Source of the DNA: Ghiorsea sp.
GTDB taxonomy: Bacteria; Pseudomonadota; Zetaproteobacteria; Mariprofundales; Mariprofundaceae
DNA: 64,000 nt
Assembly (NCBI GenBank): GCA_027080505.1
Contig: JALWRX010000053.1
Location: 3,303-67,302, forward strand
Reading direction: 5' to 3'
The translations under genes were made by a program, and so were the position numbers. Positions 19,508 to 29,482 of the stretch are shown one piece after another. The notes below the pieces were generated by a model. That model was not told where the DNA came from. It saw only the letters and a list, made by a program, of their open reading frames with translations, and ran no database searches. Positions within the stretch are counted from its first letter, which is position 1. Every line of letters starts with the position of its first letter.

Positions 19508-21720
19508 TACACCTGCCTTTGTTGAGCTTGTCTTACCCGTTCATACATTTGTAAAATTTTCCGAACCCGTGCTTGCAATTTCATAGGTTCTACAGGTTTA
19601 ATGATATAATCATCCGCACCAGAGTCTAAGCCCAACACTTCATCATCTTCATCATGCCGTGATGTTAACATCACAACTGGAATATCATCAAATTTACTTT
19701 GCCTACGAACTTCTTGCACAAATTCAGGGCCATTCATATTAGGCATATCATAATCTACAATGACCAAAGCAACTTGTGACAGTGCTTGCTTAAGTAAATC
19801 AAGCCCTTTTCTACCATCTTCAGCTTCAGCAATATCAAAACCTTCGGACTTTAAGATAAACCCAACCAAGTTTCGGATACTTTTAGAGTCATCAATTAAT
19901 AGTATTGTATTGCGTTTAGCATCTTCTTTTGGTCTAAGCTGCCCTTTGTCTCTCGCCTCATTAGCTTGCCCTAAAGACATCAGGTTTCCATCACTGTCAA
20001 TTCTATCCTGAAAACTAAAATCTTCGGGGGCAATAGACAGTCGCATCACTTCCGCAACACTGGTTACACCTTGCAATACCTTATTCATACCATCTTCAAA
20101 CAAGGCATACATGCCTTCTTCACGGCAAACCTGCATCAATTCTTGGTCTGAAACGGCTTGAGCAATAGCTTGACGCACCCTGTCATTCACATACAATGTT
20201 TCATGCACACCACAACGACCTTTATAACCAATGTTCATGCACTTTTCACAGCCCACAGGCTCATAAATTTCCAAATCTTCAGGCATATCATATTTCTCAA
20301 TCATTTCAGCCGAAGGTTTTACTTTCTTTTTACATTCCGAACACAAGCGCCTTGCCAAGCGTTGAGCCACAATAATATTTAAGCATGATGATAGTGCGAC
20401 AGCATCCGTACCCATTTCCACCAAACGACTCACTGTGGAAGGCGCATCATTGGTGTGTAAAGTAGACATCACCAAATGTCCTGTTTGCGCAGCATGCAAA
20501 GCAATATGAGCCGTTTCTTCATCACGAATCTCACCCACCATGACCACATCAGGATCTTGGCGTAAAATAGAACGTAATGCAGCAGCAAATGTCATGCCTG
20601 ATTTAGCATTCACTTGCACTTGATTCAAACCCTTGATTTGAAACTCAACAGGGTCTTCAACCGTAACAATATTGGTTTCTTCATCATTAATATGGTGTAA
20701 AAACGAATAAAGTGTTGTCGTTTTACCCGACCCCGTTGGCCCTGTCACCAACACCGCACCTGTAGGTCTTGCAATAGCTTCTCGAATGCGCTCATCAGCT
20801 GTTTTTTCAAATGCCAACACATCCAAAGAAAGTGATAAGCCTGACTTGTCCAAAATACGCATAACTACCTTTTCACCATACATGGAAGGCAATGTTGAGA
20901 TACGCATATCAAACGACTTATTACTAATTTTTATTCTTGTTCGACCATCTTGCGGGGTTCTTGTATTAGATATATCCAACTTGGACATAATTTTAATGCG
21001 CGAAACAAGCATAGGATGAGCACCAGCAGGGAACTTCATGACAGGGCGCAACCGACCATCTACACGCAATCTGACTAAGCTATTTTTTTCCCCTGCTTCA
21101 ATATGAATGTCCGAGCTCTCCATACGCAAGGCCTTCATAATAATCCCGTTTACGAGCTTGATAATCGGTGAACCTTCCGCACCTTTTTTCAACGATGCAA
21201 TATCCGTTTCAGCCTTATTATCCTCATCATCTGTTAGTGCTTGTATTTCACCCGTATTTTCTAAATCAGACATCACCTCATCAAGTGCTTCTTCACCACC
21301 AGAAAACAAGTCCCTAATTTTCTTCTGAATATCTAGTGGGTTGGAAAAAAGAGGGCGTACCCGCTGCCCAAGTTTAAACTGCAGCACATCCATGCCCGCA
21401 TAATCCATAGGGTCAGCAATCGCGATAATCATTTCACCTGCGCTAATCGATACAGGGATAAAACAAAACTCACTACAAAGCTCTTCTGAACATTTTTCAA
21501 CCAAGCTCTCATCAATCTCAATGTGCTCTAAATCAACAAATGGAACTTTATATATTTTAGCTAAAGCTTGAAGAACCTTATCAACATCTACACCATCTTG
21601 CGAAAGCAAATTCAATAAAAGCCCTGCTTTTTTATCACCAACCCCCTGCATGGCATCAGATATTTGCTCTTGTGTAACAATACCAGTAGCAATTAATTGC
21701 CGCTGCTGCTTAAGAAGCAT
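19507..21720 (-). CDS. PilB/GspE-family assembly ATPase fused to a C-terminal receiver domain
   Basis: T2SSE_N-type N-terminus, SDIHIE, PQDGR, GPTGSGKTT, TVEDPVE, RQDPDVVMVGEIRD, CxxC..CxxC zinc site; REC ILLIDDS/VIVDYDMP/MLTS/IKP. ATG 21720 follows GGAGG. Confidence 0.92.
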   Translation of the reverse strand: MLLKQQRQLIATGIVTQEQISDAMQGVGDKKAGLLLNLLSQDGVDVDKVLQALAKIYKVPFVDLEHIEIDESLVEKCSEELCSEFCFIPVSISAGEMIIAIADPMDYAGMDVLQFKLGQRVRPLFSNPLDIQKKIRDLFSGGEEALDEVMSDLENTGEIQALTDDEDNKAETDIASLKKGAEGSPIIKLVNGIIMKALRMESSDIHIEAGEKNSLVRLRVDGRLRPVMKFPAGAHPMLVSRIKIMSKLDISNTRTPQDGRTRIKISNKSFDMRISTLPSMYGEKVVMRILDKSGLSLSLDVLAFEKTADERIREAIARPTGAVLVTGPTGSGKTTTLYSFLHHINDEETNIVTVEDPVEFQIKGLNQVQVNAKSGMTFAAALRSILRQDPDVVMVGEIRDEETAHIALHAAQTGHLVMSTLHTNDAPSTVSRLVEMGTDAVALSSCLNIIVAQRLARRLCSECKKKVKPSAEMIEKYDMPEDLEIYEPVGCEKCMNIGYKGRCGVHETLYVNDRVRQAIAQAVSDQELMQVCREEGMYALFEDGMNKVLQGVTSVAEVMRLSIAPEDFSFQDRIDSDGNLMSLGQANEARDKGQLRPKEDAKRNTILLIDDSKSIRNLVGFILKSEGFDIAEAEDGRKGLDLLKQALSQVALVIVDYDMPNMNGPEFVQEVRRQSKFDDIPVVMLTSRHDEDDEVLGLDSGADDYIIKPVEPMKLQARVRKILQMYERVRQAQQRQV

Positions 21721-21770
21721 AAACCCTCCCATAGGTATCCTCATTAAATCGGGGTACACAATAATGAAGC

Positions 21771-23171
21771 ATGACTAGAATATCAAGGAAATCCCCCCTT
21801 CCACTCAAAGCAAAAATAGATAGGTTGCGCCATGTGTATCTTTTAACTTATCTCAATTCTAAACCAAAACTGGTTTTAGCGACGTTTAGCATCTGCTTTA
21901 TCGCACTTGTTGGTTGTGCCACAAAAAACCAGCAGCCTTCAACAACCACACCATTAAAAGAAGCCAGCTTGGCTGCACTTGAAAAACGGGCACCTACAAC
22001 ACCAACTCAAGAAGAGGTAAAAAAGGTTGCACCAACACCTTCTGTTTTTTTACAAGACCTCTCTCCATCAGACATTGAACAAGTTAAAGCTGAAGCCAAA
22101 CGTACACTATCACCGATTTGGCAACGTATTGATGAACGCGCTCACCGCGTACGCTTTCGCGTGATTCAAGTCTTAGATGAGCTACATGCACCTCGTGAGC
22201 TTTCATATATTCCTGTCGCTGAATCAGGTTATAACCCCTATGCTTTATCACCTACAGGCGCTTTTGGTTTATGGCAACTCATGCCTAAAACAGCAAAAGA
22301 ATTAGGTGCACACAATAAAAACGGGCTAGACGGGCGCAGACATATTGAATCCAGCACAAAAGCTGCCGCCACTTACCTTTTATCACTTTATGAACGGTTT
22401 AAAAGCTGGCCACTTGCAATCTGTGCGTACAACCTAGGACCTTGGGGTGTACAACGCAGGCTTAACAAAAAGCCATGGTCACCAGATATGGGACTGGATG
22501 CTCTGCCTTTCCCTAGCGAAACCAAACACTATGTGAAACAAATCTTGGGTATGATTGCCTTAGAACAAGATGGGGAGCTACAATTTTCAGAAGCTTTAGC
22601 AACCCAAGATGTGCATATTCCAGCCCCCATTGACTTAAACCAAATGGAAAAAGTTTCAGGTTTAGCCAAATATGAAATCTTTCGTTTAAATCCAGCTTTT
22701 GATTACCAACATTACATCCACCATGATGTTGTGGTTCATCTACCCACAGAAAATGCTATCCGCCTTGAACAAGCCCTACTTAAAAACCCTAATATCTTCA
22801 AACCCAAATATATAACCATTAAAATTAAGTCGGGAGACTCATTGTGGAAGCTAGCCAAAAGGTATCACACCAGCATCAAACATCTTAAACAACTTAACCC
22901 TAAGTTTAAAAAAGGTGTATTATCGATTGGTCAATCAATGACAGTACCTGCATCTGGAAATATCTTGGCATCATCAAGCAAAGCTAACCCGCTTCTCGCC
23001 AAAGGTAGGCGTATTCGTTACAAGGTTCGCAGTGGTGACTCACTATGGACGATTGCCAAAAAATTTGGCACTTCTACCCGTGCTATCACCCGCATCAACC
23101 AAATGTCTGCCAACCAATTATTACGCCCTGGAGATAGATTATGGATTGTCGCTCGGTATCGACCAAGCTAA
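21771..23171 (+). CDS. mltD: MltD-like lytic transglycosylase lipoprotein with two LysM domains (start uncertain)
   Basis: Lipobox LVGC; SLT motifs VAESGYNP, GLWQLMP, AYNLG; two GDSLW LysM repeats. Confidence 0.85.
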   Translation: MTRISRKSPLPLKAKIDRLRHVYLLTYLNSKPKLVLATFSICFIALVGCATKNQQPSTTTPLKEASLAALEKRAPTTPTQEEVKKVAPTPSVFLQDLSPSDIEQVKAEAKRTLSPIWQRIDERAHRVRFRVIQVLDELHAPRELSYIPVAESGYNPYALSPTGAFGLWQLMPKTAKELGAHNKNGLDGRRHIESSTKAAATYLLSLYERFKSWPLAICAYNLGPWGVQRRLNKKPWSPDMGLDALPFPSETKHYVKQILGMIALEQDGELQFSEALATQDVHIPAPIDLNQMEKVSGLAKYEIFRLNPAFDYQHYIHHDVVVHLPTENAIRLEQALLKNPNIFKPKYITIKIKSGDSLWKLAKRYHTSIKHLKQLNPKFKKGVLSIGQSMTVPASGNILASSSKANPLLAKGRRIRYKVRSGDSLWTIAKKFGTSTRAITRINQMSANQLLRPGDRLWIVARYRPS

Positions 23172-24808
23172 TCATTACTGTTGTTTTACTTGCTTTGACA
23201 GCATGCAGCAACGAGCAAACAACAAATACTTCACAAACCACACAAGCTAAGGCGGAAGTAACAAGTTATCAGCCTGCACATGGTGGTCGCCTTATTGACG
23301 CTAGCATTGGTGATGCTACCAATCTTATTCCTATGATTGCTAGTGATGCATCCAGCCATGAAATTGCAGGACAACTTTATTTATCACTACTAAAATATGA
23401 TAAAAATCTTAATTTGGTTGGTCAACTTGCTGAATCATGGCAAATCTCTGAAGATAAACTCAGTATTATTTTTAAGCTCAAGCCCAATCTCAGGTGGAGT
23501 GATGGTAAACCACTCACCACTGATGACTTGGTCTTCACACTCCACCTGATTCAAGATGACAAAACACAAAGCCCCTACAAATCAGACTATATGAAAGTGG
23601 TGTCTGCCAAAGCTTTAGACAAACGCACTTTTGAAGTGCGTTACAAAGAAGTATTCTCACCCGCACTTGCCACTTGGGCTTCATTGGCAATTTTGCCTAA
23701 ACATGTGTTTGAAGGCGTAAACATCATGGATACAGACTTATCTCGCCACCCTAAAGCTAGCATTGGCCCTTACTTCCTTAAAGATTGGCAAACCCAACAA
23801 AGTATTACCATGACTGCCAACCCCAACTATTTTGATGGTGATGTGTGGATTGATAAGCGTATCACGCGCATTATTCCTGACCCTGCCACTCAATTTTTGG
23901 AGTTAAGCGCAGGCAAGATTGATATGGCAAATTTAACACCCACCCAATACACCAGACTTTTTGACAATAACCAACGTCTCAAACATGAATACAACCGTTA
24001 TAAATACCTTGGTTTTTCTTATACATATCTTGGCTTTAACCTTACCCGAAAGCCGTTTGATGATGTTCGCGTACGTCAAGCTTTAGCCTATGCTATTGAC
24101 CGCCAAGAATTGGTGGATGGTGTGCTGCTTGGTTTGGGCGAAGTTTTGGCAACACCATATAAACCTGGCACACGTTGGGTAAATCAAAACATTAAACCAC
24201 GTCCGTTTTCACTAGAAAAAGCACAAAACTTACTCACCCAAGCAGGTTGGATTAAAGCTGATGGGCAAAGCTTTGTCAGCAAAGATGGCAAACCGCTTTC
24301 ATTCACCATTCTCACCAATAACGGCAATAAAAAACGCGCCGATACGGCAACCATTATTCAACAACGCCTAAAAAGTATTGGTATTCAGGTCAATATTCGT
24401 TTGGTGGAATGGTCAGCATTCATTGAGAATTTCATTAATAAGCGTGATTTTGATGCAGTGATTCTTGGCTGGTCACTCTCTCCAGACCCAGACCAATTCA
24501 ATATCTGGCATTCTAGCCAAACAGGCGAGCGACAATTCAACTTTTTAAGCTACAGCAACCCCAAAGTTGATAAAGCTTTAGAACAAGCCCGATTGACCTT
24601 TGATTTGGATAAACAAAAGCAGTGGTATGACATCATGCAACAAGAAATCCACCAAGATGTACCTGTAGTATTCTTATATGCAGGTTATTCATTACCTGCA
24701 ATCCATAAACGCATCAAGGGCATAGAAGTTGCCCCTGCAGGCATTGGGCACAACAGTGAGTTTTGGTATATTCCCAAAGCTTTACAAAAAACGAGCATCA
24801 CTCCTTAA
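23141..24808 (+). CDS. Peptide ABC transporter substrate-binding lipoprotein (family 5, OppA/AppA-like)
   Basis: Lipobox LTAC; LAESW, WSDGKPLTTDD, PFDDVRVRQALAYAIDR. Confidence 0.9.
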   Translation: MDCRSVSTKLIITVVLLALTACSNEQTTNTSQTTQAKAEVTSYQPAHGGRLIDASIGDATNLIPMIASDASSHEIAGQLYLSLLKYDKNLNLVGQLAESWQISEDKLSIIFKLKPNLRWSDGKPLTTDDLVFTLHLIQDDKTQSPYKSDYMKVVSAKALDKRTFEVRYKEVFSPALATWASLAILPKHVFEGVNIMDTDLSRHPKASIGPYFLKDWQTQQSITMTANPNYFDGDVWIDKRITRIIPDPATQFLELSAGKIDMANLTPTQYTRLFDNNQRLKHEYNRYKYLGFSYTYLGFNLTRKPFDDVRVRQALAYAIDRQELVDGVLLGLGEVLATPYKPGTRWVNQNIKPRPFSLEKAQNLLTQAGWIKADGQSFVSKDGKPLSFTILTNNGNKKRADTATIIQQRLKSIGIQVNIRLVEWSAFIENFINKRDFDAVILGWSLSPDPDQFNIWHSSQTGERQFNFLSYSNPKVDKALEQARLTFDLDKQKQWYDIMQQEIHQDVPVVFLYAGYSLPAIHKRIKGIEVAPAGIGHNSEFWYIPKALQKTSITP

Positions 24809-26154
24809 TGAGCACTCCTTTAGTCAATGCACTCACCGTAACCGAGCTCACCGCTAGAATTAAACAAGTCTTGGAGCAAGGCTTTTCTCGTATTGAAGTC
24901 ACAGGTGAAATATCACGATTAACTAAACCTTCTTCAGGTCACATATATTTTACAATTAAAGATAGTCACGCTGCTATTTCCGCTGTGGTCTGGCGCAATG
25001 CAGCCACCCGTTTAAAAACACGCCCCAAAGATGGGCAAGCTTATGTATTTACAGGGCATTTAAGCCTGTATGAACCCAGAGGAAGCTATCAGCTTGTAGT
25101 CACAAGCATCACATCTGCAGGTGCTGGTCGTTTGGCTGAAGAGTTTGAGCGTCGCAAAGCCTTGTTTGCTGAACGTGGCTGGTTTGATACAGACTCAAAA
25201 AAAGCTGTTCCAACATTCCCCAAACATATCGGTATTGTCACCTCGCAAACGGCTGCAGCTTTTGAAGATGTAAAAAAAGTACTTCATACCCGACCCGCTT
25301 GGCTAAACATCACCTTATCACCTGCCGTAGTTCAAGGAGAAAGTGCCCCACAAAGCATTGCTCATGCCATAGAAAAACTACATAAATTAACGGATAGACC
25401 TGACGTTTTATTGCTGGTGCGCGGTGGTGGAAGCATGGAAGATTTGTGGTGTTTCAATGATGAACGCGTAGTGCAAGCCATTATGGATGCAGAGATACCT
25501 ATCATTTCAGGCATTGGGCATGAAATTGACACCACACTTGCAGACCTTGCAGCCGATATTCGCGCAGCGACACCATCCAATGCTGCTGAAATTGTTTGCC
25601 CAGCTAAGGAAACTTTGCGCCCGCAAGTCCAACGTGCGCAACATCGCCTACAACAAGCCATCAACAGCTATAAAGATGGCAAACATTGGACATTAGAGCG
25701 TTACACCAACCAACTACACAACGCATACCGTCAAGGTTTACAACAGAAGCACAATCAAATACGCCAACTGTACGTACGATTGCATCAACATGAACCCAAC
25801 CAAGCCCTGCGCAATCAAACCCAGCAATTTTACACCATGAAACAACGCTTGTTTGCTGCAGCGCAACGTATAGCACCACAACGTAAGCAACATCTAGCAG
25901 AGCAGCAGCACTTATTACGCTTAGCATACAAAAATACCGAACAAAAACACCGTCAACAATGGCAAAAACGGCATGAACAACTGCTTGCCATGAACCCCAA
26001 ACATGTACTTAAACGTGGTTATGCCATCACCACAGATGAGCATGGCAGCATCATCACATCCGCAAAAAAACTTCAAGCAGGTGAAAGTATATCACTGCAC
26101 TACCATGATGGTGTCGTAAAAAGCACAATCAACAAGATTACGAGGTCAACATGA
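24808..26154 (+). CDS. xseA: Exodeoxyribonuclease VII large subunit
   Basis: GEIS..SGHIYFTIKD OB fold, RGGGSMEDLW.FNDE, GIGHEIDTT, TPSNAAE, LKRGYA; ATG at 24808. Confidence 0.95.
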   Translation: MSTPLVNALTVTELTARIKQVLEQGFSRIEVTGEISRLTKPSSGHIYFTIKDSHAAISAVVWRNAATRLKTRPKDGQAYVFTGHLSLYEPRGSYQLVVTSITSAGAGRLAEEFERRKALFAERGWFDTDSKKAVPTFPKHIGIVTSQTAAAFEDVKKVLHTRPAWLNITLSPAVVQGESAPQSIAHAIEKLHKLTDRPDVLLLVRGGGSMEDLWCFNDERVVQAIMDAEIPIISGIGHEIDTTLADLAADIRAATPSNAAEIVCPAKETLRPQVQRAQHRLQQAINSYKDGKHWTLERYTNQLHNAYRQGLQQKHNQIRQLYVRLHQHEPNQALRNQTQQFYTMKQRLFAAAQRIAPQRKQHLAEQQHLLRLAYKNTEQKHRQQWQKRHEQLLAMNPKHVLKRGYAITTDEHGSIITSAKKLQAGESISLHYHDGVVKSTINKITRST

Positions 26155-26975
26155 ACTTTTTTATGATTATACTTCTATTACTGGTGACCATACCAGCTTG
26201 GGCTACAACTTACCAAGCTGAACAAGGTGATGTATTACGCGTCCCTGCACCCATTCAAGGAAACAACTTACATGTACAAGCTTTTAATAAAAGCTGGCCC
26301 ATTTACAAAAAAGATGGTCAATATATTGCATGGATTGGCATACACCTCAAAACCAAACCTGCGACCTATCATATCCAATGGACATCAGGAAACGCTGCTT
26401 CAGTAAGCCAAGCTTTGGATAAAGTAGAAGTGCAAAAAGGCAAGTTTAGAATTTCACATATCACAGTTGAGAAAAAAATGTCTTCATTTGACAAAGAAGC
26501 CATTCAACGCATACGCGCTGATCAAGCAGCTATTAAAAAGGCATACAAAACACCTGTAAATATTCATAATAGCTGGCCAGCAATGACTTGGCCTGTAAAA
26601 GGTATTATTTCTACACCATTTGCAGCCCAGCGTTATGTCAATGGTAATGCCCGCTCTCCACACTCAGGTTTAGATATTGCAGCTCCCACAGGCACACCTG
26701 TAAAAGCACCGCTTGCAGGTAAAGTCTTGCTTGTTGCCAACATGTTTTTAAATGGAACTTTAGTTGCTATTGGTCATGGCGATGGCATCACAACAGTTTA
26801 TGCCCATCTCAACAAAGTCTTGGTCAAACCCGGTGATATTTTACAACAAGGTGATGTATTTGCTGAAGTCGGCAGCACAGGACGCTCCACAGGACCACAT
26901 TTGCATTGGGGTGTACACTTTGAAGGAGCCAAAGTTAATCCCAAAAACATGTTAATTTCAAATAATATACAATAA
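26151..26975 (+). CDS. M23 family peptidase, secreted
   Basis: Signal peptide; HSGLDIAA, YAHL, GRSTGPHLHW. Confidence 0.9.
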   Translation: MNFFMIILLLLVTIPAWATTYQAEQGDVLRVPAPIQGNNLHVQAFNKSWPIYKKDGQYIAWIGIHLKTKPATYHIQWTSGNAASVSQALDKVEVQKGKFRISHITVEKKMSSFDKEAIQRIRADQAAIKKAYKTPVNIHNSWPAMTWPVKGIISTPFAAQRYVNGNARSPHSGLDIAAPTGTPVKAPLAGKVLLVANMFLNGTLVAIGHGDGITTVYAHLNKVLVKPGDILQQGDVFAEVGSTGRSTGPHLHWGVHFEGAKVNPKNMLISNNIQ

Positions 26976-27070
26976 AAAGTAGGATTGAACAACATTATTA
27001 ACCTTGATTGATAAACAAGCATAGACTAAACTTACTGCATAAGAATTATGCAAAGAGGCTTTGATAACCT

Positions 27071-27466
27071 ATGAGTAAAGAATTAAAGTTTTTGGTGATT
27101 GATGATGATGATACTGTACAAAGCATTGTTGCGGCTTTCATCAACCGCTACTTGGAAGAAAACAATTTCACTGGTACAATCAAACGTGTAACTGACCCTG
27201 TACAAGGTTTATTCGTGCTCAACACACACGGAAATGAGTATGATGCTATCCTTTTGGATGTGCGATTACCCAAACTAACAGGTGATGAAATTTACAATAG
27301 TCTTATTTCATTAGAGCACGATTTTATCAAACGTATCATGTTTGTTACAGGCTATGCCAATGATTTAATTGCTCGCTTTCCAGATTTAGAACTAAACATT
27401 TTAAACAAGCCTTTTCGTTACCAAGATTTATCAGCGCGTATTGATGAGCTGCTTAAATTAGAATAA
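27071..27466 (+). CDS. Single-domain response regulator
   Basis: LVIDDD, ILLDVRLP, FVTGY, LNKPF. Confidence 0.85.
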   Translation: MSKELKFLVIDDDDTVQSIVAAFINRYLEENNFTGTIKRVTDPVQGLFVLNTHGNEYDAILLDVRLPKLTGDEIYNSLISLEHDFIKRIMFVTGYANDLIARFPDLELNILNKPFRYQDLSARIDELLKLE

Positions 27467-27985
27467 GTGACTACTGACACACGTAAAAACTTACTTACCA
27501 GTACTTCTGAACTTAAGCTTTCCATAGTTCTCGCTGTTATTGCAACAGTTATTGTATGTGCAACAGCAATTTGGAGCGTGTTTTTTTCAAAGCCTACAAA
27601 ACCTAACCCTCCCATTGCACTCCATAACCAAAGTGTATCCATCACTGAAAAGCCCAAAGGTTTACAACAGTCTTCAACTCAACCATCACACACACAAAAT
27701 ACAAAGGTTTCACACGGTAACAGGGCAACAATGCCCAACAAAAAAAAAGTTGTAATCGGCAAAGGCAAACTTTATGTGCAAGTGGGAGCCTTTAAAGAAG
27801 TCGTACGAGCTAGAAAAACCTATGAAAAAATGCGTAAAACATATAAACGTGCACAAATCATGCCTAAATCAGGTTATTATGCTATATGGGTCGGCCCTGT
27901 TCGCAGTAAAAGAGAGGCTAAAACCCTACAAAAACAAATTTTAAAACGTTATAACATCAAAGGTTTCATTACCTCTGAAAAGTAA
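27467..27985 (+). CDS. SPOR-domain membrane protein
   Basis: N-terminal TM, low-complexity linker, YVQVGAF...WVGP SPOR motif. Confidence 0.82.
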   Translation: MTTDTRKNLLTSTSELKLSIVLAVIATVIVCATAIWSVFFSKPTKPNPPIALHNQSVSITEKPKGLQQSSTQPSHTQNTKVSHGNRATMPNKKKVVIGKGKLYVQVGAFKEVVRARKTYEKMRKTYKRAQIMPKSGYYAIWVGPVRSKREAKTLQKQILKRYNIKGFITSEK

Positions 27986-27997
27986 GAAATAAAGGAT

Positions 27998-28108
27998 GCC
28001 ACCTGAGCTGGACTGGTTCGCAACGCGACAATACTCTGCTGCCGCTGCTTCCTTCCGGACCTGACGGGGTTCACAAAGATTATCCGTGCGAGGCCCAACC
28101 CAGATGAC
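27998..28108 (-). ncRNA. ffs: Signal recognition particle 4.5S RNA
   Basis: Minus strand carries GTCAGGTCCGGAAGGAAGCAGC (SRP helix 8); ends GTCATCTGGGTTGGGC and GTCCAGCTCAGGTGGC pair with G-U wobbles. Confidence 0.93.
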
Positions 28109-28188
28109 AACTGGTGTCATTGCTAGTAATAGCTATCACTTAGCAATGAAAACTGATTTATCATTTATGTAAAAACTACACCAACCTA

Positions 28189-28276
28189 TGGCGGAGAGAG
28201 AGGGATTCGAACCCTCGGTACATTGCTGTACACACGCTTTCCAAGCGTGCTCATTCGGCCACTCTGACATCTCTCC
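28189..28276 (-). tRNA. tRNA-Ser (anticodon GGA)
   Basis: GGAGAGA acceptor stem, anticodon arm CACGC-TT-GGA-AA-GCGTG, long variable arm, GGTTCGAATCC, encoded CCA. Confidence 0.96.
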
Positions 28277-28513
28277 ATCAGTGCATCAATATAACTTTGC
28301 GGCACTGTAGCGTCTCTTAGCGTAGTATCAAGTTTTCAAGTACAATCGTGGCAGCTCAGTTCCGATCGTATTTACAGGTTGATGACACAAGACATCAATG
28401 CACTATGATTGCTGACACCATGCATACTGCCACACAATATATACCCTTATTGAAAAAAACTTCTTCAAAGCCAACAGGGCTATATTTGTATATGCCATCT
28501 GGATTTGGTTACC

Positions 28514-29343
28514 ATGTATAAAAACTTGCTGTTTTATTTACACCTTTTGATACGCAGCTATCAACATTTTTACGCACACAAAGCATGCAGTTTGCAGCAT
28601 CCTTAAGTTACTCCACCCTGCTGTCTATTGTTCCTTTAACTGTGTTCCTGGTTTACCTTTCCTTACAAATAGAAATGTTTTCAGACTTGTTTGTACAAGC
28701 TAAAGAGCAAGTTTTCACCCAATTATTACCCACAAGCCAAGCATCCATTGAAGCATATTTAATAAGCGCATCACAAAACATCACATCTTTTTCATATTTT
28801 TCTCTATTCATTATTTTCCTATCTGTTTTATGGTTATCGCTAAGTATAGAAAAAGCCTTTAACCATATCTGGCAAGTAAAAATACCCCGCCACCTACTCC
28901 TTCGTTTACCTGCACATATTATTCTTTGGTTTGTTGCACCTTTCTTTATCATTATATCTATTATGATTAGCACTTGGCTTACATCATTACCTTATCTCAG
29001 CAACTTCCACCATCAGGCTCCAATATTATCCTATATCATGCCGTGGGCAACTGCATCCCTTGCTTTATTCTTATTATACTTCTTTGTGCCAAACATCCAA
29101 GTGCGCGCTAAAGGCTCTTTTATTTCATCCCTGTTCGTCGCAACACTTTTTGAACTAAGCAAGTGGCTATTTTCCTTATATATCACAAAAATAGCCATGT
29201 ATGAAAAAATATATGGCGTACTAGCAGCCCTCCCCATTTTCATGCTTTGGTTATATATCACATGGCTTATCGTACTTTGGGGTGTTTCACTCAATGTTAC
29301 ACTACAAACAACAATTCAACCCGAACGAGGTCAAACTGAATAA
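28514..29343 (+). CDS. YihY/virulence factor BrkB family membrane protein; 5' end apparently frameshifted (intact frame from 28585)
   Basis: AASLSYSTLLSIVP, IEKAFNHIW, IYGVLAALPIFMLWLYITW; a typical-looking N-terminus from ATG 28514 is one base out of frame. Confidence 0.8.
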
Positions 29344-29353
29344 TCTTCGCTAA

Positions 29354-29468
29354 GAGTCTGTCAGGCTTAAACGATTGTAGCGAGCAGCGCCGCTATTTAA
29401 CAAAAGCCAGATGAAAAGCGACCAACATTCATGTTTTTGCAGTCAGTTGCTTTAAGTCTGATAGGCTC
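29354..29468. mobile_element. Putative 115-bp MITE with 18-bp imperfect terminal inverted repeats
   Basis: GAGTCTGTCAGGCTTAAA (29354-71) vs TTTAAGTCTGATAGGCTC (29451-68), 15/18 match; flanked by CTAA and CTAG. Confidence 0.6.
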
Positions 29469-29482
29469 CTAGGGTGCGAAGC

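Noticed and set aside
25620-25990. Gln/His/Arg-rich repetitive stretch in xseA
   Set aside because: This is the normal coiled-coil region of exonuclease VII large subunit.
28189-28276. tRNA-Ser as an island integration site
   Set aside because: No integrase nearby and no duplicated tRNA 3' end was noticed; the flanks are ffs and ordinary genes.
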